A model generated the notes under the pieces. That model was not told the origin of the DNA and made no database searches. It saw only the letters and a list, made by a program, of their open reading frames with translations. A stretch of 64,000 nucleotides of DNA from Chitinophaga pinensis (GTDB taxonomy: Bacteria > Bacteroidota > Bacteroidia > NS11-12g > UBA9320). The stretch's first letter is position 1; the number at the start of each line of letters is the position of its first letter. Below are positions 9,098 to 19,640 of this stretch, in pieces. A program made the position numbers and the translations under genes. The stretch covers positions 53-64,052 of the forward strand of contig CAMDBP010000005.1 in NCBI GenBank assembly GCA_945889315.1, read 5' to 3'.

Positions 9098-11797
9098 TTA
9101 ACTTAACTTTTTTAATATTTCAATTGCCGCCTCGGCTATCACTGTGCCGGGTCCGAAAACAAAATCTACTCCATTAGCCCGCAAAAATTCATAATCTTGC
9201 TCTGGTATCACACCGCCGGCTACTACTATGATGTCTTCCATACCTTGTTTTTTGAGTTCACGTACTACTTCGGGCATAAGCGTCTTATGACCTGCGGCTA
9301 AGGAAGATACGCCTAAAATATGAACGTCGTTTTCCATGGCTTGTTTAGCAACCTCTGCCGGTGTTTGAAATAGCGGACCTATATCTACGTCAAAACCCAA
9401 ATCTGCAAAGGCTGTAGCAATGATTTTGGCACCTCTATCGTGTCCATCTTGACCCATTTTAGCTACCAATATACGAGGTCTTCTCCCGTCTTTAATAGCA
9501 AAAATATCTGCAGCCTTACGGGCCGCTATTACGGTTTCATTGTTCTGCACTTCTTTCAAATATACGCCACTTATGGTTGCATTATTCGCTTGGTATCTGC
9601 CAAATACTTTCTCCAAAGCAAATGACATCTCACCTAGCGTTGCTCTTGCTTCCGCAGCTTCAATACAAATTTCCAAGAGATTGTCATCCGTTGATGCAGC
9701 ATTTTCCAGTTTCGTTAAAATACCTTCTACCTGTGCATTGTCTCTAGTAGCCTTAACCTTATTAATTCTGTTGATTTGGCTAATACGCACTGCCTGGTTA
9801 TCTACTTCTAAAATATCAAAGTCCGCTTTTTCATCTACCTTAAATTTATTAATTCCTACAATAACTTCCTTGCCCGCATCTATATTGGCTTGTTTTATAG
9901 CTGCACATTCTTCTATTCTCATTTTCGGGATTCCGCTTTCTATAGCTTTAGCCATCCCTCCTAGCTCTTCAATTTCTAGAATGTATTCCCATGCTTTTTC
10001 TGCAAGGTCTTTGGTGTACGTCTCTATCACATCACTGCCACCCCAGGGGTCTATCACTTTAGTAATGTCGGTCTCTTCTTGGATTATTTTTTGGGTGTTT
10101 CGGGCAATCTTGGCGCTAAACTCGGTTGGCAAAGCCATAGCTTCATCAAAGCTATTGGTATGTAAACTTTGTGTCCCACCAAAAACTGCTGCAAGGGCTT
10201 CGATAGTTGTTCGGGCAACATTATTATACGGGTCTTGTTCGGTAAGACTCCATCCGCTTGTTTGGCAATGTGTACGAAGTGCCATGGATTTCTCGTCCTT
10301 GGGATCAAATTTTTTAATGAGTTTAGCCCATAATAGTCGGCCTGCACGCATCTTGGCAATTTCCTTGTAAAAATTCATTCCTATACCCCAAAAGAAACTA
10401 AGTCTAGGGGCAAATTCATCTATTGCTAATCCTGCGTTTATACCTGTTCTCACATAATCCAGTCCATCAGCAATGGTATATGCCAACTCCAATTCTGGCG
10501 TAGCGCCGGCTTCTTGCATATGGTACCCGCTTATGCTTATGCTGTTAAACTTAGGCATATTGGCGCTTGTATATTTAAAAATATCTGAAATGATGCGCAT
10601 ACTCGGAGAAGGCGGATATATATAGGTGTTACGCACCATAAACTCCTTTAGAATATCGTTTTGAATAGTGCCAGCAAGTTGTAATTTATCAACTCCTTGT
10701 TCTTTAGCTGCTGCAATATAAAATGCCATGATGGGGAGCACTGCGCCATTCATCGTCATACTCACAGATATATCGCCCAGTGGAATTTCATCGAACAATA
10801 ATTTCATGTCTTCAATACTATCAATAGCAACACCAGCCATTCCAACATCACCGGTAACACGAGGATGATCGCTGTCATAACCTCTGTGTGTAGCCAAATC
10901 GAACGCTACCGAAAGTCCTTTTTGTCCTGCAGCAAGATTGCGTCTGTAAAAGGCATTGCTTGCTTCGGCCGTACTAAATCCTGCGTATTGTCTTATAGTC
11001 CATGGACGCACTGCATACATGGTTGAATATGGACCACGGAGATACGGCACAATACCTGGTTGTGAACCCATTGATATTAAACTAGAACCTTTGCTATTTG
11101 AGCCTTTTACTTTAGAATCTTGGATGCGATTCAAGTATTCATTCGTTAGTTTTTCTAAAAACCAACTTCCGCTTGCAGCGTCTTGAATATCGGCCATATA
11201 ACTTTCATTTTTAAGAAGCAAAAGGATATTCTTGGCTAACCGCAGACTTTGATCTGTGTCTTGATTGTTAAAAGGTAAAATACAAATATGCTTAGCGCCT
11301 CCTACTATAGCAGAAGCTGCGGCTATGGTCTGTCTTACAAGGTTATTATGTGTAAACTCGTCATCTGAAGCAGGAATAACAGCATTGATTTCTGTATCTG
11401 GAAATGTTAATCGAAGCGCTCTAAGTTTGGCTATATTTTCATAAAAATGGGTACGCATTTCGAAATATACATTGGCTTCATTATGAGCTTTGCTCATATT
11501 ATCTAAATGCAATTGTCCGCCATTTTTCCCTAGTTCTGATAGGCTCGTAATCGTCTTTTCAACGCCTTCAAGCTCGCTTGAGGAAACCAGGGTAATCTTC
11601 CAATTGCTGGATAACTTGTGGCTCCCAACTATACCATTCTCTTCCGTGTAATAGGGGTCTAATGATATGCCATCCGAAGTTGTGTATGTTAATTCTTGAA
11701 GGTTTTTCTCCTTTATATCCTTGGTTGCTTTTGCTTTCCAATCTGCTAAACTTGCTTTTGCAAACTCATCAAATGACAGTGTTTTATCCAATTGCAT
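9098..11797 (-). CDS. scpA: Methylmalonyl-CoA mutase (B12-dependent) with fused N-terminal remnant of the small subunit
   Basis: [34 protein letters not shown] and B12 motif DGHDRG; about 240 extra N-terminal residues resembling the beta subunit. Confidence 0.93.
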   Translation of the reverse strand: MQLDKTLSFDEFAKASLADWKAKATKDIKEKNLQELTYTTSDGISLDPYYTEENGIVGSHKLSSNWKITLVSSSELEGVEKTITSLSELGKNGGQLHLDNMSKAHNEANVYFEMRTHFYENIAKLRALRLTFPDTEINAVIPASDDEFTHNNLVRQTIAAASAIVGGAKHICILPFNNQDTDQSLRLAKNILLLLKNESYMADIQDAASGSWFLEKLTNEYLNRIQDSKVKGSNSKGSSLISMGSQPGIVPYLRGPYSTMYAVRPWTIRQYAGFSTAEASNAFYRRNLAAGQKGLSVAFDLATHRGYDSDHPRVTGDVGMAGVAIDSIEDMKLLFDEIPLGDISVSMTMNGAVLPIMAFYIAAAKEQGVDKLQLAGTIQNDILKEFMVRNTYIYPPSPSMRIISDIFKYTSANMPKFNSISISGYHMQEAGATPELELAYTIADGLDYVRTGINAGLAIDEFAPRLSFFWGIGMNFYKEIAKMRAGRLLWAKLIKKFDPKDEKSMALRTHCQTSGWSLTEQDPYNNVARTTIEALAAVFGGTQSLHTNSFDEAMALPTEFSAKIARNTQKIIQEETDITKVIDPWGGSDVIETYTKDLAEKAWEYILEIEELGGMAKAIESGIPKMRIEECAAIKQANIDAGKEVIVGINKFKVDEKADFDILEVDNQAVRISQINRINKVKATRDNAQVEGILTKLENAASTDDNLLEICIEAAEARATLGEMSFALEKVFGRYQANNATISGVYLKEVQNNETVIAARKAADIFAIKDGRRPRILVAKMGQDGHDRGAKIIATAFADLGFDVDIGPLFQTPAEVAKQAMENDVHILGVSSLAAGHKTLMPEVVRELKKQGMEDIIVVAGGVIPEQDYEFLRANGVDFVFGPGTVIAEAAIEILKKLS

Positions 11798-11802
11798 TAG
11801 GA

Positions 11803-11810
11803 CAAAGGTA
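11803..11810 (-). promoter_or_regulatory. Bacteroidota -7 promoter element (TACCTTTG), 5 nt upstream of the mutase ATG
   Basis: Exact match to TAnnTTTG on the minus strand. Confidence 0.6.
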
Positions 11811-11948
11811 GATAACTCTAAGATATTCGCCTGCGCTAGCGACCTATATTTAAATTAGCTTCATAGGTTAATTAGAACCAATGTAACTTGTATACAATTT
11901 AAGCATGGCATTACACATAAATAGAGACTTTCCTAAATTTGCAATTCA

Positions 11949-12716
11949 ATGTATACGAATATCATCTCAGAAAATCGTGGAGTAGTGCAGATCATCACTA
12001 TAAATCGTGAGGACAAACTAAATGCGCTTAATATAAATCTGATTCAAGAAATAGGGCAAGAAATAGCTCGACTAAACGCTGAAAAAACCATCAGAGGAAT
12101 TATAATCACCGGAAAAGGTGAGAAAGCCTTTGCTGCCGGGGCAGACATTAGTGAGTTTGCTCATTTTAATGAAGCTGAAGCAAAAGAAATGAGCGCCAAA
12201 GGCGGAAACGTATTTAACCGTATCGAGCAGAGTGAAATACCCGTTATTGCTGCCGTAAATGGTTATGCGCTAGGTGGTGGATGTGAGCTTACTATGTCTT
12301 GTCATGTGCGCATTGCGAGTGAAAATGCGCTGTTTGGGCAACCAGAAGTAAATCTTGGTGTACCTCCAGGATATGGCGGAACACAGCGTCTTTCACAGCT
12401 CATAGGCAGAGGAAGAGCTTTAGATATGCTTATTACCGCAAAGTCTATAGATGCCAACACCGCATTGAATTATGGACTGGTAACCCAGGTAGTTAGCCTG
12501 ACAGAATTACTACCAACGTGTATTACCTATATAGAAAAGTTCGTAGGTAAATCGCCATTAGCTATTGCAGAGGTTATCAAATGCACCAATGCATTGTACG
12601 AGAACCAGGACGGATTAGCATTTGAAATAGACAGTTTTGCAAGAAGCTTTGAAACTCCTGATTTTAAAGAAGGAACGACGGCCTTCTTAGAGAAACGAAA
12701 ACCCAATTACATCTAA
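11949..12716 (+). CDS. Enoyl-CoA hydratase/isomerase family protein
   Basis: AFAAGADI, AVNGYALGGGCE, FGQPEVNLG, GGTQRL. Confidence 0.93.
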   Translation: MYTNIISENRGVVQIITINREDKLNALNINLIQEIGQEIARLNAEKTIRGIIITGKGEKAFAAGADISEFAHFNEAEAKEMSAKGGNVFNRIEQSEIPVIAAVNGYALGGGCELTMSCHVRIASENALFGQPEVNLGVPPGYGGTQRLSQLIGRGRALDMLITAKSIDANTALNYGLVTQVVSLTELLPTCITYIEKFVGKSPLAIAEVIKCTNALYENQDGLAFEIDSFARSFETPDFKEGTTAFLEKRKPNYI

Positions 12717-12805
12717 ATTACAATTATAATAATTCTATTATTTTGGCATTCTATTTGTTCTTGTCGTGTGGAACATTAATTTTGACACTAAATAAATAAC
12801 AAAAA

Positions 12806-13264
12806 ATGAGAAATTTGATCTTACTATCAGTATTTGGATTTGGATTTGCAGCAACAAGCATTGCACAAGTAGAGACTACAAACGAAAAAATCACACTGTC
12901 TTCAGAAGCGCAAGCGAAGATTGCCCTAGAAAAAAACGAGCATGATTTTGGGACAATAGAAGAAGGAACTCAAGCAACGGTTACATTTACATTTAAAAAC
13001 ACGGGTAATGCACCGCTAGTTTTAAACAGTGTGAAAGCTTCTTGTGGTTGTACTACTCCTAAATGGACTAAAGAGCCAGTTGCTCCAGGAAAAGAAGGCG
13101 TGATTACGGCTACTTTTGATTCTAAAGGAAGACCAGGTAACTTTACCAAAACAATTACAGTAACCCACAGTGGTGAGGGAGGAACAGAGTTTTTAACTAT
13201 ACGTGGCAACGTTAATAAAGCGGCGCCTGTTGCAGCTCCTACTGTTGTAGCTCCAGAGCAATAA
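12806..13264 (+). CDS. DUF1573 domain secreted protein
   Basis: Signal peptide; HDFGTI...FTFKNTG.APL...ASCGCT.P signature. Confidence 0.88.
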   Translation: MRNLILLSVFGFGFAATSIAQVETTNEKITLSSEAQAKIALEKNEHDFGTIEEGTQATVTFTFKNTGNAPLVLNSVKASCGCTTPKWTKEPVAPGKEGVITATFDSKGRPGNFTKTITVTHSGEGGTEFLTIRGNVNKAAPVAAPTVVAPEQ

Positions 13265-13273
13265 AAAAATCTA

Positions 13274-13318
13274 ACCCATAAAAAAGCCTCGACTAACGTT
13301 GGGGCTTTTTTTATGGGT
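13274..13318. terminator. Bidirectional intrinsic terminator
   Basis: acccataaaaaagcctcgac-taac-gttggggctttttttatgggt hairpin with A/T tails between convergent genes. Confidence 0.8.
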
Positions 13319-13428
13319 GCTTATGTCTAGTCTTGAAATAGCGTTCTAAGAAAGAATATGAAATGAAAGAAAAACAAGAAAACAATCATGTCAAACGAAG
13401 TCAGAAGGATTATTATTTGTTCCTAAAA

Positions 13429-14316
13429 TTATAATTCGTCTACTTTACCAAACCATCCCGTGAGGCCGCCTGTATGAACAGCAATCACTTTATCGCCTTG
13501 TTTTATATCTCCTGAAATACATAGCTTCTTTATGGCTAGCATCATTTTTCCGGTATAAACAGGATCTAATAGTATTCCGGTTTCTGCTGTAAATTCTTTG
13601 ATGAAATCCATCAGTTCTGGCGATGTCTTGGCATATCCACCACAATGAAACTCGTCGTATATGGTTACGTTATGAATCCCATAAACGTCTTGGAGGTCTT
13701 TGGCGATGTAGCCATTGCCCTTTAGTACTTGTATGCCGCACAAAGATGTATCATCATTTATACTGTCCATATATTTTGACATTCCCGCAAGAGTTGTGCC
13801 TGTACCGCATGCCACAAACACCCTAGAGACTCCTTTTAACTCTATTTCTTTTAGTATCTCAAAACATCCTAGTGTGCCTTGTTCGCAAGCGCCACCCTCG
13901 GGTATAAAGAGCTTTTCTTCATAAACACCCAATTGGCGATTATGCTCTTTATATTCTTCTCGCGTGACAAATGTTAAACCCATACCATACATCTTGCATA
14001 GCTTTAGAACACCGTTTAGTTGTTTTGGCTCTTCTCCTCTAATAATGCCCGTACATGGTATTTTTAGTATCGCACAACTAGCTGCAGTAGCAACTAAATG
14101 ATTTGAAAATGCACCTCCAAATGTTATGATTTCACGATAGGTAGTCTTATCGAAATGACTTAAGATCCCGGATAATTTGCGCCACTTATTGCCCGAAATT
14201 ATAGTATGAATAAGGTCATCTCTTTTCATGTATAACGCTACGGAAGCGGCAGCGCTCCAAGCTGTACGCACTTGATGCAATGGACTTGGAATAGTAAGGT
14301 GATTTAAAATATCCAT
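13429..14316 (-). CDS. ACC deaminase/D-cysteine desulfhydrase family PLP enzyme
   Basis: KRDD...SGNKWRKL, TFGGAFSNH, CGTGTT, LDPVYTGK, HTGG. Confidence 0.9.
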   Translation of the reverse strand: MDILNHLTIPSPLHQVRTAWSAAASVALYMKRDDLIHTIISGNKWRKLSGILSHFDKTTYREIITFGGAFSNHLVATAASCAILKIPCTGIIRGEEPKQLNGVLKLCKMYGMGLTFVTREEYKEHNRQLGVYEEKLFIPEGGACEQGTLGCFEILKEIELKGVSRVFVACGTGTTLAGMSKYMDSINDDTSLCGIQVLKGNGYIAKDLQDVYGIHNVTIYDEFHCGGYAKTSPELMDFIKEFTAETGILLDPVYTGKMMLAIKKLCISGDIKQGDKVIAVHTGGLTGWFGKVDEL

Positions 14317-14322
14317 TTGCTA

Positions 14323-14808
14323 CTATATTTCTAGAAAATGCAATTTAATAATGGACCACACCATGTCTGATTCATAGCCTTTGCCAATGGCAAATTGAGC
14401 CGCTTTGTAGTTTTTTTGGTATCCTTTTATTCCGCTTAAACTATGTATTTTTTTGGTAAGAAGATCAACCAGCGTATCGTCATATTTATCCATATCTATT
14501 TCATTAAGTCCTTTCTTGATACAGTAATCCGATATTTTTCTTTTTTTTAATTCCCGTACAATCTTGTTTTTGCCCCACTTTTTATAAGCAAATTTTCCTC
14601 GAACAAAAGCTAATGTAAATCGCTCTTCATTGATGAAATCCTGCTGAATAAGTTCGTAAATGAGGAGTTCTACATCATCTGGGATTAATCCATAATTATA
14701 TAGCTTATCACGCACTTCCTGGTGACAGCGCTCCCGATAGGCACAATATTTAGCTATTAGACTTTTAGCTTGAGTGGGTGTGTATTTCTTTTTATTCTGC
14801 TCTAACAT
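14323..14808 (-). CDS. recX: RecA regulator RecX
   Basis: YCAYRERCHQEV, FINEERF, KKWGKNKI, KGYE. Confidence 0.9.
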   Translation of the reverse strand: MLEQNKKKYTPTQAKSLIAKYCAYRERCHQEVRDKLYNYGLIPDDVELLIYELIQQDFINEERFTLAFVRGKFAYKKWGKNKIVRELKKRKISDYCIKKGLNEIDMDKYDDTLVDLLTKKIHSLSGIKGYQKNYKAAQFAIGKGYESDMVWSIIKLHFLEI

Positions 14809-14856
14809 TTGAAAGCTGCTAAATTAGTGTACAATAAGCCTATTTTTGTAATTCAC

Positions 14857-17259
14857 TTGTACTCCTTAACCGAAATAGCAAAAATAGTAGGTGGTCAATT
14901 GCATGGTAACGGTTCAGTTATCATCCAAAATATTACCACTGATTCTCGTAAGATTCAACTTGCCGAATCTTCTCTTTTTGTTGCCATTGTTACTTCTAAA
15001 AATGATGGGCACCACTATATAGCCCAAACATTACGGCAACATATTGCAGGACTTTTGGTTAGCGAAAAACCAAAGGAAGAATCCAATTATATCTTGGTTG
15101 CCAATACGTTAGATGCATTGCAAAAACTAGCTGCGTACCATCGTGAGCAGTTTTCCATTCCTGTTATCGCTATTACAGGAAGTAACGGGAAAACGATTGT
15201 GAAAGAATATATCAATCATTTGCTAAAGGATAAATTTGCAATATGCCGAAGTCCGAAAAGTTATAATTCTCAAATCGGGGTTCCCTTATCCGTTTGGCAA
15301 CTTTCCTCTAATTTTTCCTTAGGTGTTTTTGAAGCTGGGATATCTCAGCCCAATGAGATGGTCAGATTAGAAAGCGTTATTCGACCCACTGTTGGCGTAT
15401 TTACCCATTTAGGCGATGCCCATGGTGCTCAATTTGCCACCGATGAAGATAAATTAACTGAAAAACTACAGCTTTTTAAAAATTGTGATTTTATAGTATG
15501 TCCAAGTAGCGAAGAGTTGGCCATAAAAGCTCTTAATACTAGCGGGAAAAAAGTATTCTCTTTCGGATACGATTCAACCTCTGATATAAAAGTAACGCTT
15601 GGTGAAGATGGAGAGTTTACCCTGAATTACAAAGCTGAACGTACTTCGATTTATCTTCCGCAGTATGATAAAGCCTCTGTTGAAAACGCCTTAACTGCTT
15701 TAACAACAGCAGTAGCACTCGGAGCTAACTTAAGCGACACCGCTGTGCGTGTCTCCACGCTTCCTATAGTAGATATGAGGTTACAACATGTGGCTGGCAT
15801 TAATAATTGTCAATTGATTTTAGATTACTACAATGCCGACTATCAGTCGACTGTAATGGCATTGGACTTCATGAAACAGCAAAGTAGCAAACAGTATGCT
15901 ACGGTAATTATTTCGGATATTCAACAATCTAATGCCGGACCCAATGTGCTGTATGCAAATTTAAATTTGCTCTTAAACGATCATTCTATAAATCAACTTA
16001 TAGGCATTGGAAAAGAAATAACTGAGGCATCTCGTCTGTTTACACTACCGGCTACATTTTATCCGGATACGGCAACATTCTTAAGGCAACATTCCCTTTA
16101 TGAGTTAAAAAATCAAACTATTTTACTAAAAGGAGCGCGTCATTTTGCTTTTGAACAAATAGCAGAACGACTGCGGGTAAAAACACACCAAACGGCACTA
16201 GAGGTAAACCTGACTCGCATGCAGCACAACCTTAACATAGTTAAAAATAAAGTTGGCCCTCAGACAAAAATAATGGCTATGGTTAAGGCCTTAGCCTACG
16301 GCAGCGGTGGGTATCAAATAGCCAAACGTCTTGAATTTAATCAGATAAATTACCTTGGTGTCGCCTATACCGATGAAGCAACTGATTTAAAATCCTCTGG
16401 GATAGTGTTGCCTATTATGGTGCTAAATCCCGATTTAAATGACCTGACACCTTACCTAGAACAAAATATACAACCGGTTATTTATTCCTTTGAAAGCTTT
16501 GAAAAAGTAAAAAATGCTTCGTTAAAAATTCACCTGGAGTTTGATACGGGTATGCACCGCTTGGGCTTTGATCAACATGACTTACCTAAATTACTTTCGC
16601 TTTTAAAAATAAATTCTAAAATGGAAGTGGTTTCGGTATTTAGTCATTTAGCAGCTTCCGATACTAGCGAATTAGACGATTTTACGAACCAACAAATTGC
16701 TACATTTACCACTATTTGTAGAGCAATAGAAGCTACTCTTGGCAAAAGCGTGATCAAGCATATAGCAAATAGTGCCGGTATAGAACGTTTTCCTTTGGCA
16801 ACGTTTGATATGGTGCGATTAGGTATTGGGCTTTATGGAATATCTCCAATTGAGAAAGGCACTAAGTTACTTCCTGTAAGCAGTTTTAAGACCTATATAA
16901 GTCAACTAAAAACAGTACCCGCTGGAGCAGGAATAGGCTATGGACAACATGATAAATCCTATAAAGACAGACAGATAGCCGTTGTAGCCGTTGGTTATGG
17001 CGATGGGTATAGTCGTCTTTTTAGCCGAGGTAAGGGGAGTTTTAGCATCAACGGAAAAATGGCCCCAGTAGTTGGCAATGTGTGTATGGATATGACCATG
17101 TGCGATGTTACCGACATTACTTGCCAAGAAGGAGACGAAGTAATTATTTTTGGAGATAGCCCTAGCGTAGAAGAACTCGCTGCCACTATTGGAACTATTC
17201 CCTATGAAATACTGACGAACGTAAGTGAGCGTGTAAACCGAATATTTTTTGAGGAATGA
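14857..17259 (+). CDS. alr: Bifunctional MurF-like ligase / alanine racemase
   Basis: N-terminal Mur ligase (ITGSNGKT, SYNSQIGVP); C-terminal racemase (MVKALAYG, DTGMHRLG, GYGDG, TIPYE). TTG at 14857 chosen because TATTTTTG lies at 14841-14848. Confidence 0.92.
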   Translation: MYSLTEIAKIVGGQLHGNGSVIIQNITTDSRKIQLAESSLFVAIVTSKNDGHHYIAQTLRQHIAGLLVSEKPKEESNYILVANTLDALQKLAAYHREQFSIPVIAITGSNGKTIVKEYINHLLKDKFAICRSPKSYNSQIGVPLSVWQLSSNFSLGVFEAGISQPNEMVRLESVIRPTVGVFTHLGDAHGAQFATDEDKLTEKLQLFKNCDFIVCPSSEELAIKALNTSGKKVFSFGYDSTSDIKVTLGEDGEFTLNYKAERTSIYLPQYDKASVENALTALTTAVALGANLSDTAVRVSTLPIVDMRLQHVAGINNCQLILDYYNADYQSTVMALDFMKQQSSKQYATVIISDIQQSNAGPNVLYANLNLLLNDHSINQLIGIGKEITEASRLFTLPATFYPDTATFLRQHSLYELKNQTILLKGARHFAFEQIAERLRVKTHQTALEVNLTRMQHNLNIVKNKVGPQTKIMAMVKALAYGSGGYQIAKRLEFNQINYLGVAYTDEATDLKSSGIVLPIMVLNPDLNDLTPYLEQNIQPVIYSFESFEKVKNASLKIHLEFDTGMHRLGFDQHDLPKLLSLLKINSKMEVVSVFSHLAASDTSELDDFTNQQIATFTTICRAIEATLGKSVIKHIANSAGIERFPLATFDMVRLGIGLYGISPIEKGTKLLPVSSFKTYISQLKTVPAGAGIGYGQHDKSYKDRQIAVVAVGYGDGYSRLFSRGKGSFSINGKMAPVVGNVCMDMTMCDVTDITCQEGDEVIIFGDSPSVEELAATIGTIPYEILTNVSERVNRIFFEE

Positions 17260-18194
17260 CAAAAGAAGAGCTCGTATCAGGAATAACCGCTGGAGACACC
17301 AGAACCCTAAGTAAAGCCATTACCTTGGCAGAGAGTTCTTTACCCGAAAAACGAAACTTAGCACTTGAAGTAATTGCACACTTTGGACCACAAAACGATA
17401 CCTTTAGAATAGGGATAACAGGAACACCAGGAGCCGGTAAAAGCACGTTTATAGAATCATTAGGCAAGTATATACTTCAAGATCCTTTACGAAAAATTGC
17501 AGTGTTGAGTGTGGATCCCAGTAGTGGTAAAACCCATGGTAGCATCCTAGGAGATAAAACCAGAATGAACTATTTAAGTTCGCATGAAAGGGCCTACATA
17601 AGACCCACTGCCTCTGGAGCACAACTCGGAGGTCTAGCACAAAACACACGATTAGCTATGCTCCTTTGTGAGGCGGCTGGTTACAATACTATACTCATAG
17701 AGAGTGTTGGAGTAGGGCAAGGCGAGACAGAAATATCGCAACTTTCAGACGTATTTACACTAGTGTTGAATCCGGGAGGAGGTGATGAATTACAAGGCAT
17801 AAAGCGGGGAATCATGGAAATGGCTGATGTTATCGTGGTAAATAAAGCAGATGGAGATGCCGAACGGCAAGCAAGTCTAACCGCAAAAGAATACAGTATG
17901 GCGCTGCATCTAATGCCGGAAAATGAAAATAAATGGGTGCCTAAAGTCATAACTGCATCCGCTCTACATGAAAAAGGAATAGCTATATTTTGGGATAAAG
18001 TGACTGAATTTGATGCTACGATGATTGAGAATCTTTGGAAATCAAAAAATCGGCAAGCGCAAATGTACTATTGGACTCAAAAAACCATACAAGATCTGCT
18101 CTTGGCGAAGATAGAAAACCATCAATCACAAATAACGAAAGGCCTAGCCGAAGGTAAGCTGCCTGAAGTAGTAGCCAGAGAGATAGTAGGTTAG
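17256..18194 (+). CDS. meaB: Methylmalonyl-CoA mutase-associated GTPase MeaB
   Basis: GITGTPGAGKST, VDPSS...GSILGDKTRM, ESVGVGQ, GDELQGIKRG, NKAD. Confidence 0.93.
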   Translation: MTKEELVSGITAGDTRTLSKAITLAESSLPEKRNLALEVIAHFGPQNDTFRIGITGTPGAGKSTFIESLGKYILQDPLRKIAVLSVDPSSGKTHGSILGDKTRMNYLSSHERAYIRPTASGAQLGGLAQNTRLAMLLCEAAGYNTILIESVGVGQGETEISQLSDVFTLVLNPGGGDELQGIKRGIMEMADVIVVNKADGDAERQASLTAKEYSMALHLMPENENKWVPKVITASALHEKGIAIFWDKVTEFDATMIENLWKSKNRQAQMYYWTQKTIQDLLLAKIENHQSQITKGLAEGKLPEVVAREIVG

Positions 18195-18449
18195 TTTTCG
18201 TTTAGAAATGTGCTAGGTATAACAAGAGTCTAGTCCTGTACAAAGATGTACTCACACTATTGATATCACTTTTTGATTTAGCCTAATTTGCTACGTGGTG
18301 GAAATAGATAAAGTGATTAACGGACACGCTGTTGTGAGTATTCCAAAATTCTATATGGAGGGTATTGATATATAGATTCGTTCAATTTTAAAAATCGACC
18401 AACCGAAAGCCAAAAAACCTACTTTTGCAGCACTTAAAATAATACAAAA

Positions 18450-19565
18450 ATGATAATTGGTGTACCTAAAGAAATCAAGAATAACGAGAATCGTATTGCC
18501 CTAACACCAGGTGGAGCCTTAGAGCTTACCAAGAGAGGCCATACGGTATACGTACAAAAAGACGGCGGAGTAGGATCTGGATTCAACAACCAAATGTATA
18601 TGGATGCTGGAGCACAGATTTTAAACACCATTGAAGAGGTTTATGCAATTGCTGAAATGATCATGAAGGTGAAAGAGCCTATTGAAGCAGAATATAAGCT
18701 TATAAAGAAAGATCAATTAGTATTTACCTATTTCCACTTTGCTAGTTATGAGCCTCTTACGCATGCTATGATCGCAAGTGATGCTGTTTGTTTAGCATAT
18801 GAAACGGTGGAAGCTCCAGACCGTAGCTTACCATTACTTGTGCCAATGAGTGAAGTAGCTGGTAGAATGGCAATACAACAAGGTGCTAAATACCTTGAGA
18901 AACCAATAAAAGGTAAAGGAGTTCTTTTAGGTGGCGTACCAGGTGTGCCTCCAGGAAAAGTTCTTGTAATAGGTGGTGGTGTTGTAGGAACTCAAGCAGC
19001 TAAAATGGCAGCTGGTTTAGGCGCTCAAGTTACTATACTTGATGTGAGCTTAGCGCGACTTAGATACCTAAATGACGTTATGCCTGCAAATGTAGTAACT
19101 CGTTTTAGTAGCGAGATGAACATTCGTGATTTGATTCCACATATGGACCTTATCGTTGGTGCAGTGCTTATTCCTGGTGCAAAAGCTCCAAATCTAATCA
19201 CTAGAGATATGCTTAAGCTAATGTCTCCAGGTACCGTAATCGTAGACGTAGCTGTAGATCAAGGTGGATGTATAGAAACCTGTAAACCTACTACACACGA
19301 AGATCCAACTTTCATCATAGATGATATAGTACATTACTGTGTGGCTAACATGCCTGGAGCAGTTCCTTATACTTCAACAGTAGCACTTACCAATGCAACT
19401 CTTCCGTATGCTATACAACTGGCTAACAAAGGCTGGAAACAAGCATGTAACGAAAACAGAGAGTTAAAACTTGGACTAAACGTAGTAAACGGAAAAGTCT
19501 GTTACAAAGGTGTGTCAGATGCATTTAACCTAGACTATACTCCAGTAGAGGATATCTTAGATTAA
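18450..19565 (+). CDS. ald: Alanine dehydrogenase
   Basis: GVPKEIKNNENR, KVKEP, GGGVVG, DVAVDQGG, YCVANMPGAVP. Confidence 0.97.
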   Translation: MIIGVPKEIKNNENRIALTPGGALELTKRGHTVYVQKDGGVGSGFNNQMYMDAGAQILNTIEEVYAIAEMIMKVKEPIEAEYKLIKKDQLVFTYFHFASYEPLTHAMIASDAVCLAYETVEAPDRSLPLLVPMSEVAGRMAIQQGAKYLEKPIKGKGVLLGGVPGVPPGKVLVIGGGVVGTQAAKMAAGLGAQVTILDVSLARLRYLNDVMPANVVTRFSSEMNIRDLIPHMDLIVGAVLIPGAKAPNLITRDMLKLMSPGTVIVDVAVDQGGCIETCKPTTHEDPTFIIDDIVHYCVANMPGAVPYTSTVALTNATLPYAIQLANKGWKQACNENRELKLGLNVVNGKVCYKGVSDAFNLDYTPVEDILD

Positions 19566-19582
19566 TTAACAAATCATAATTG

Positions 19583-19632
19583 AAAGGGTAAAGGGTAGAA
19601 ACTTAATCGTGTTTACTTTTTACCCTTTTTTT
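19583..19632 (+). terminator. Intrinsic terminator after ald
   Basis: aaagggtaaagggtag...ttactttttacccttttttt hairpin with T-tract. Confidence 0.75.
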
Positions 19633-19640
19633 ATATACGT

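Noticed and set aside
9540-10370. 276-aa antisense ORF, and the other short ORFs nested in or antisense to known genes
   Set aside because: Shadow frames of conserved genes with no protein-like motifs.
13363-13434. 23-codon ORF MKEKQENNH...
   Set aside because: Lies after a terminator, has no promoter and overlaps the end of the opposite gene.
14809-14856. TTG 14809 as the murF-alr start
   Set aside because: It abuts the recX start and would bury the TATTTTTG promoter element; TTG 14857 fits better.
18332-18349. Rex operator upstream of ald
   Set aside because: Only the left half (TTGTGA) matches; the right half does not.
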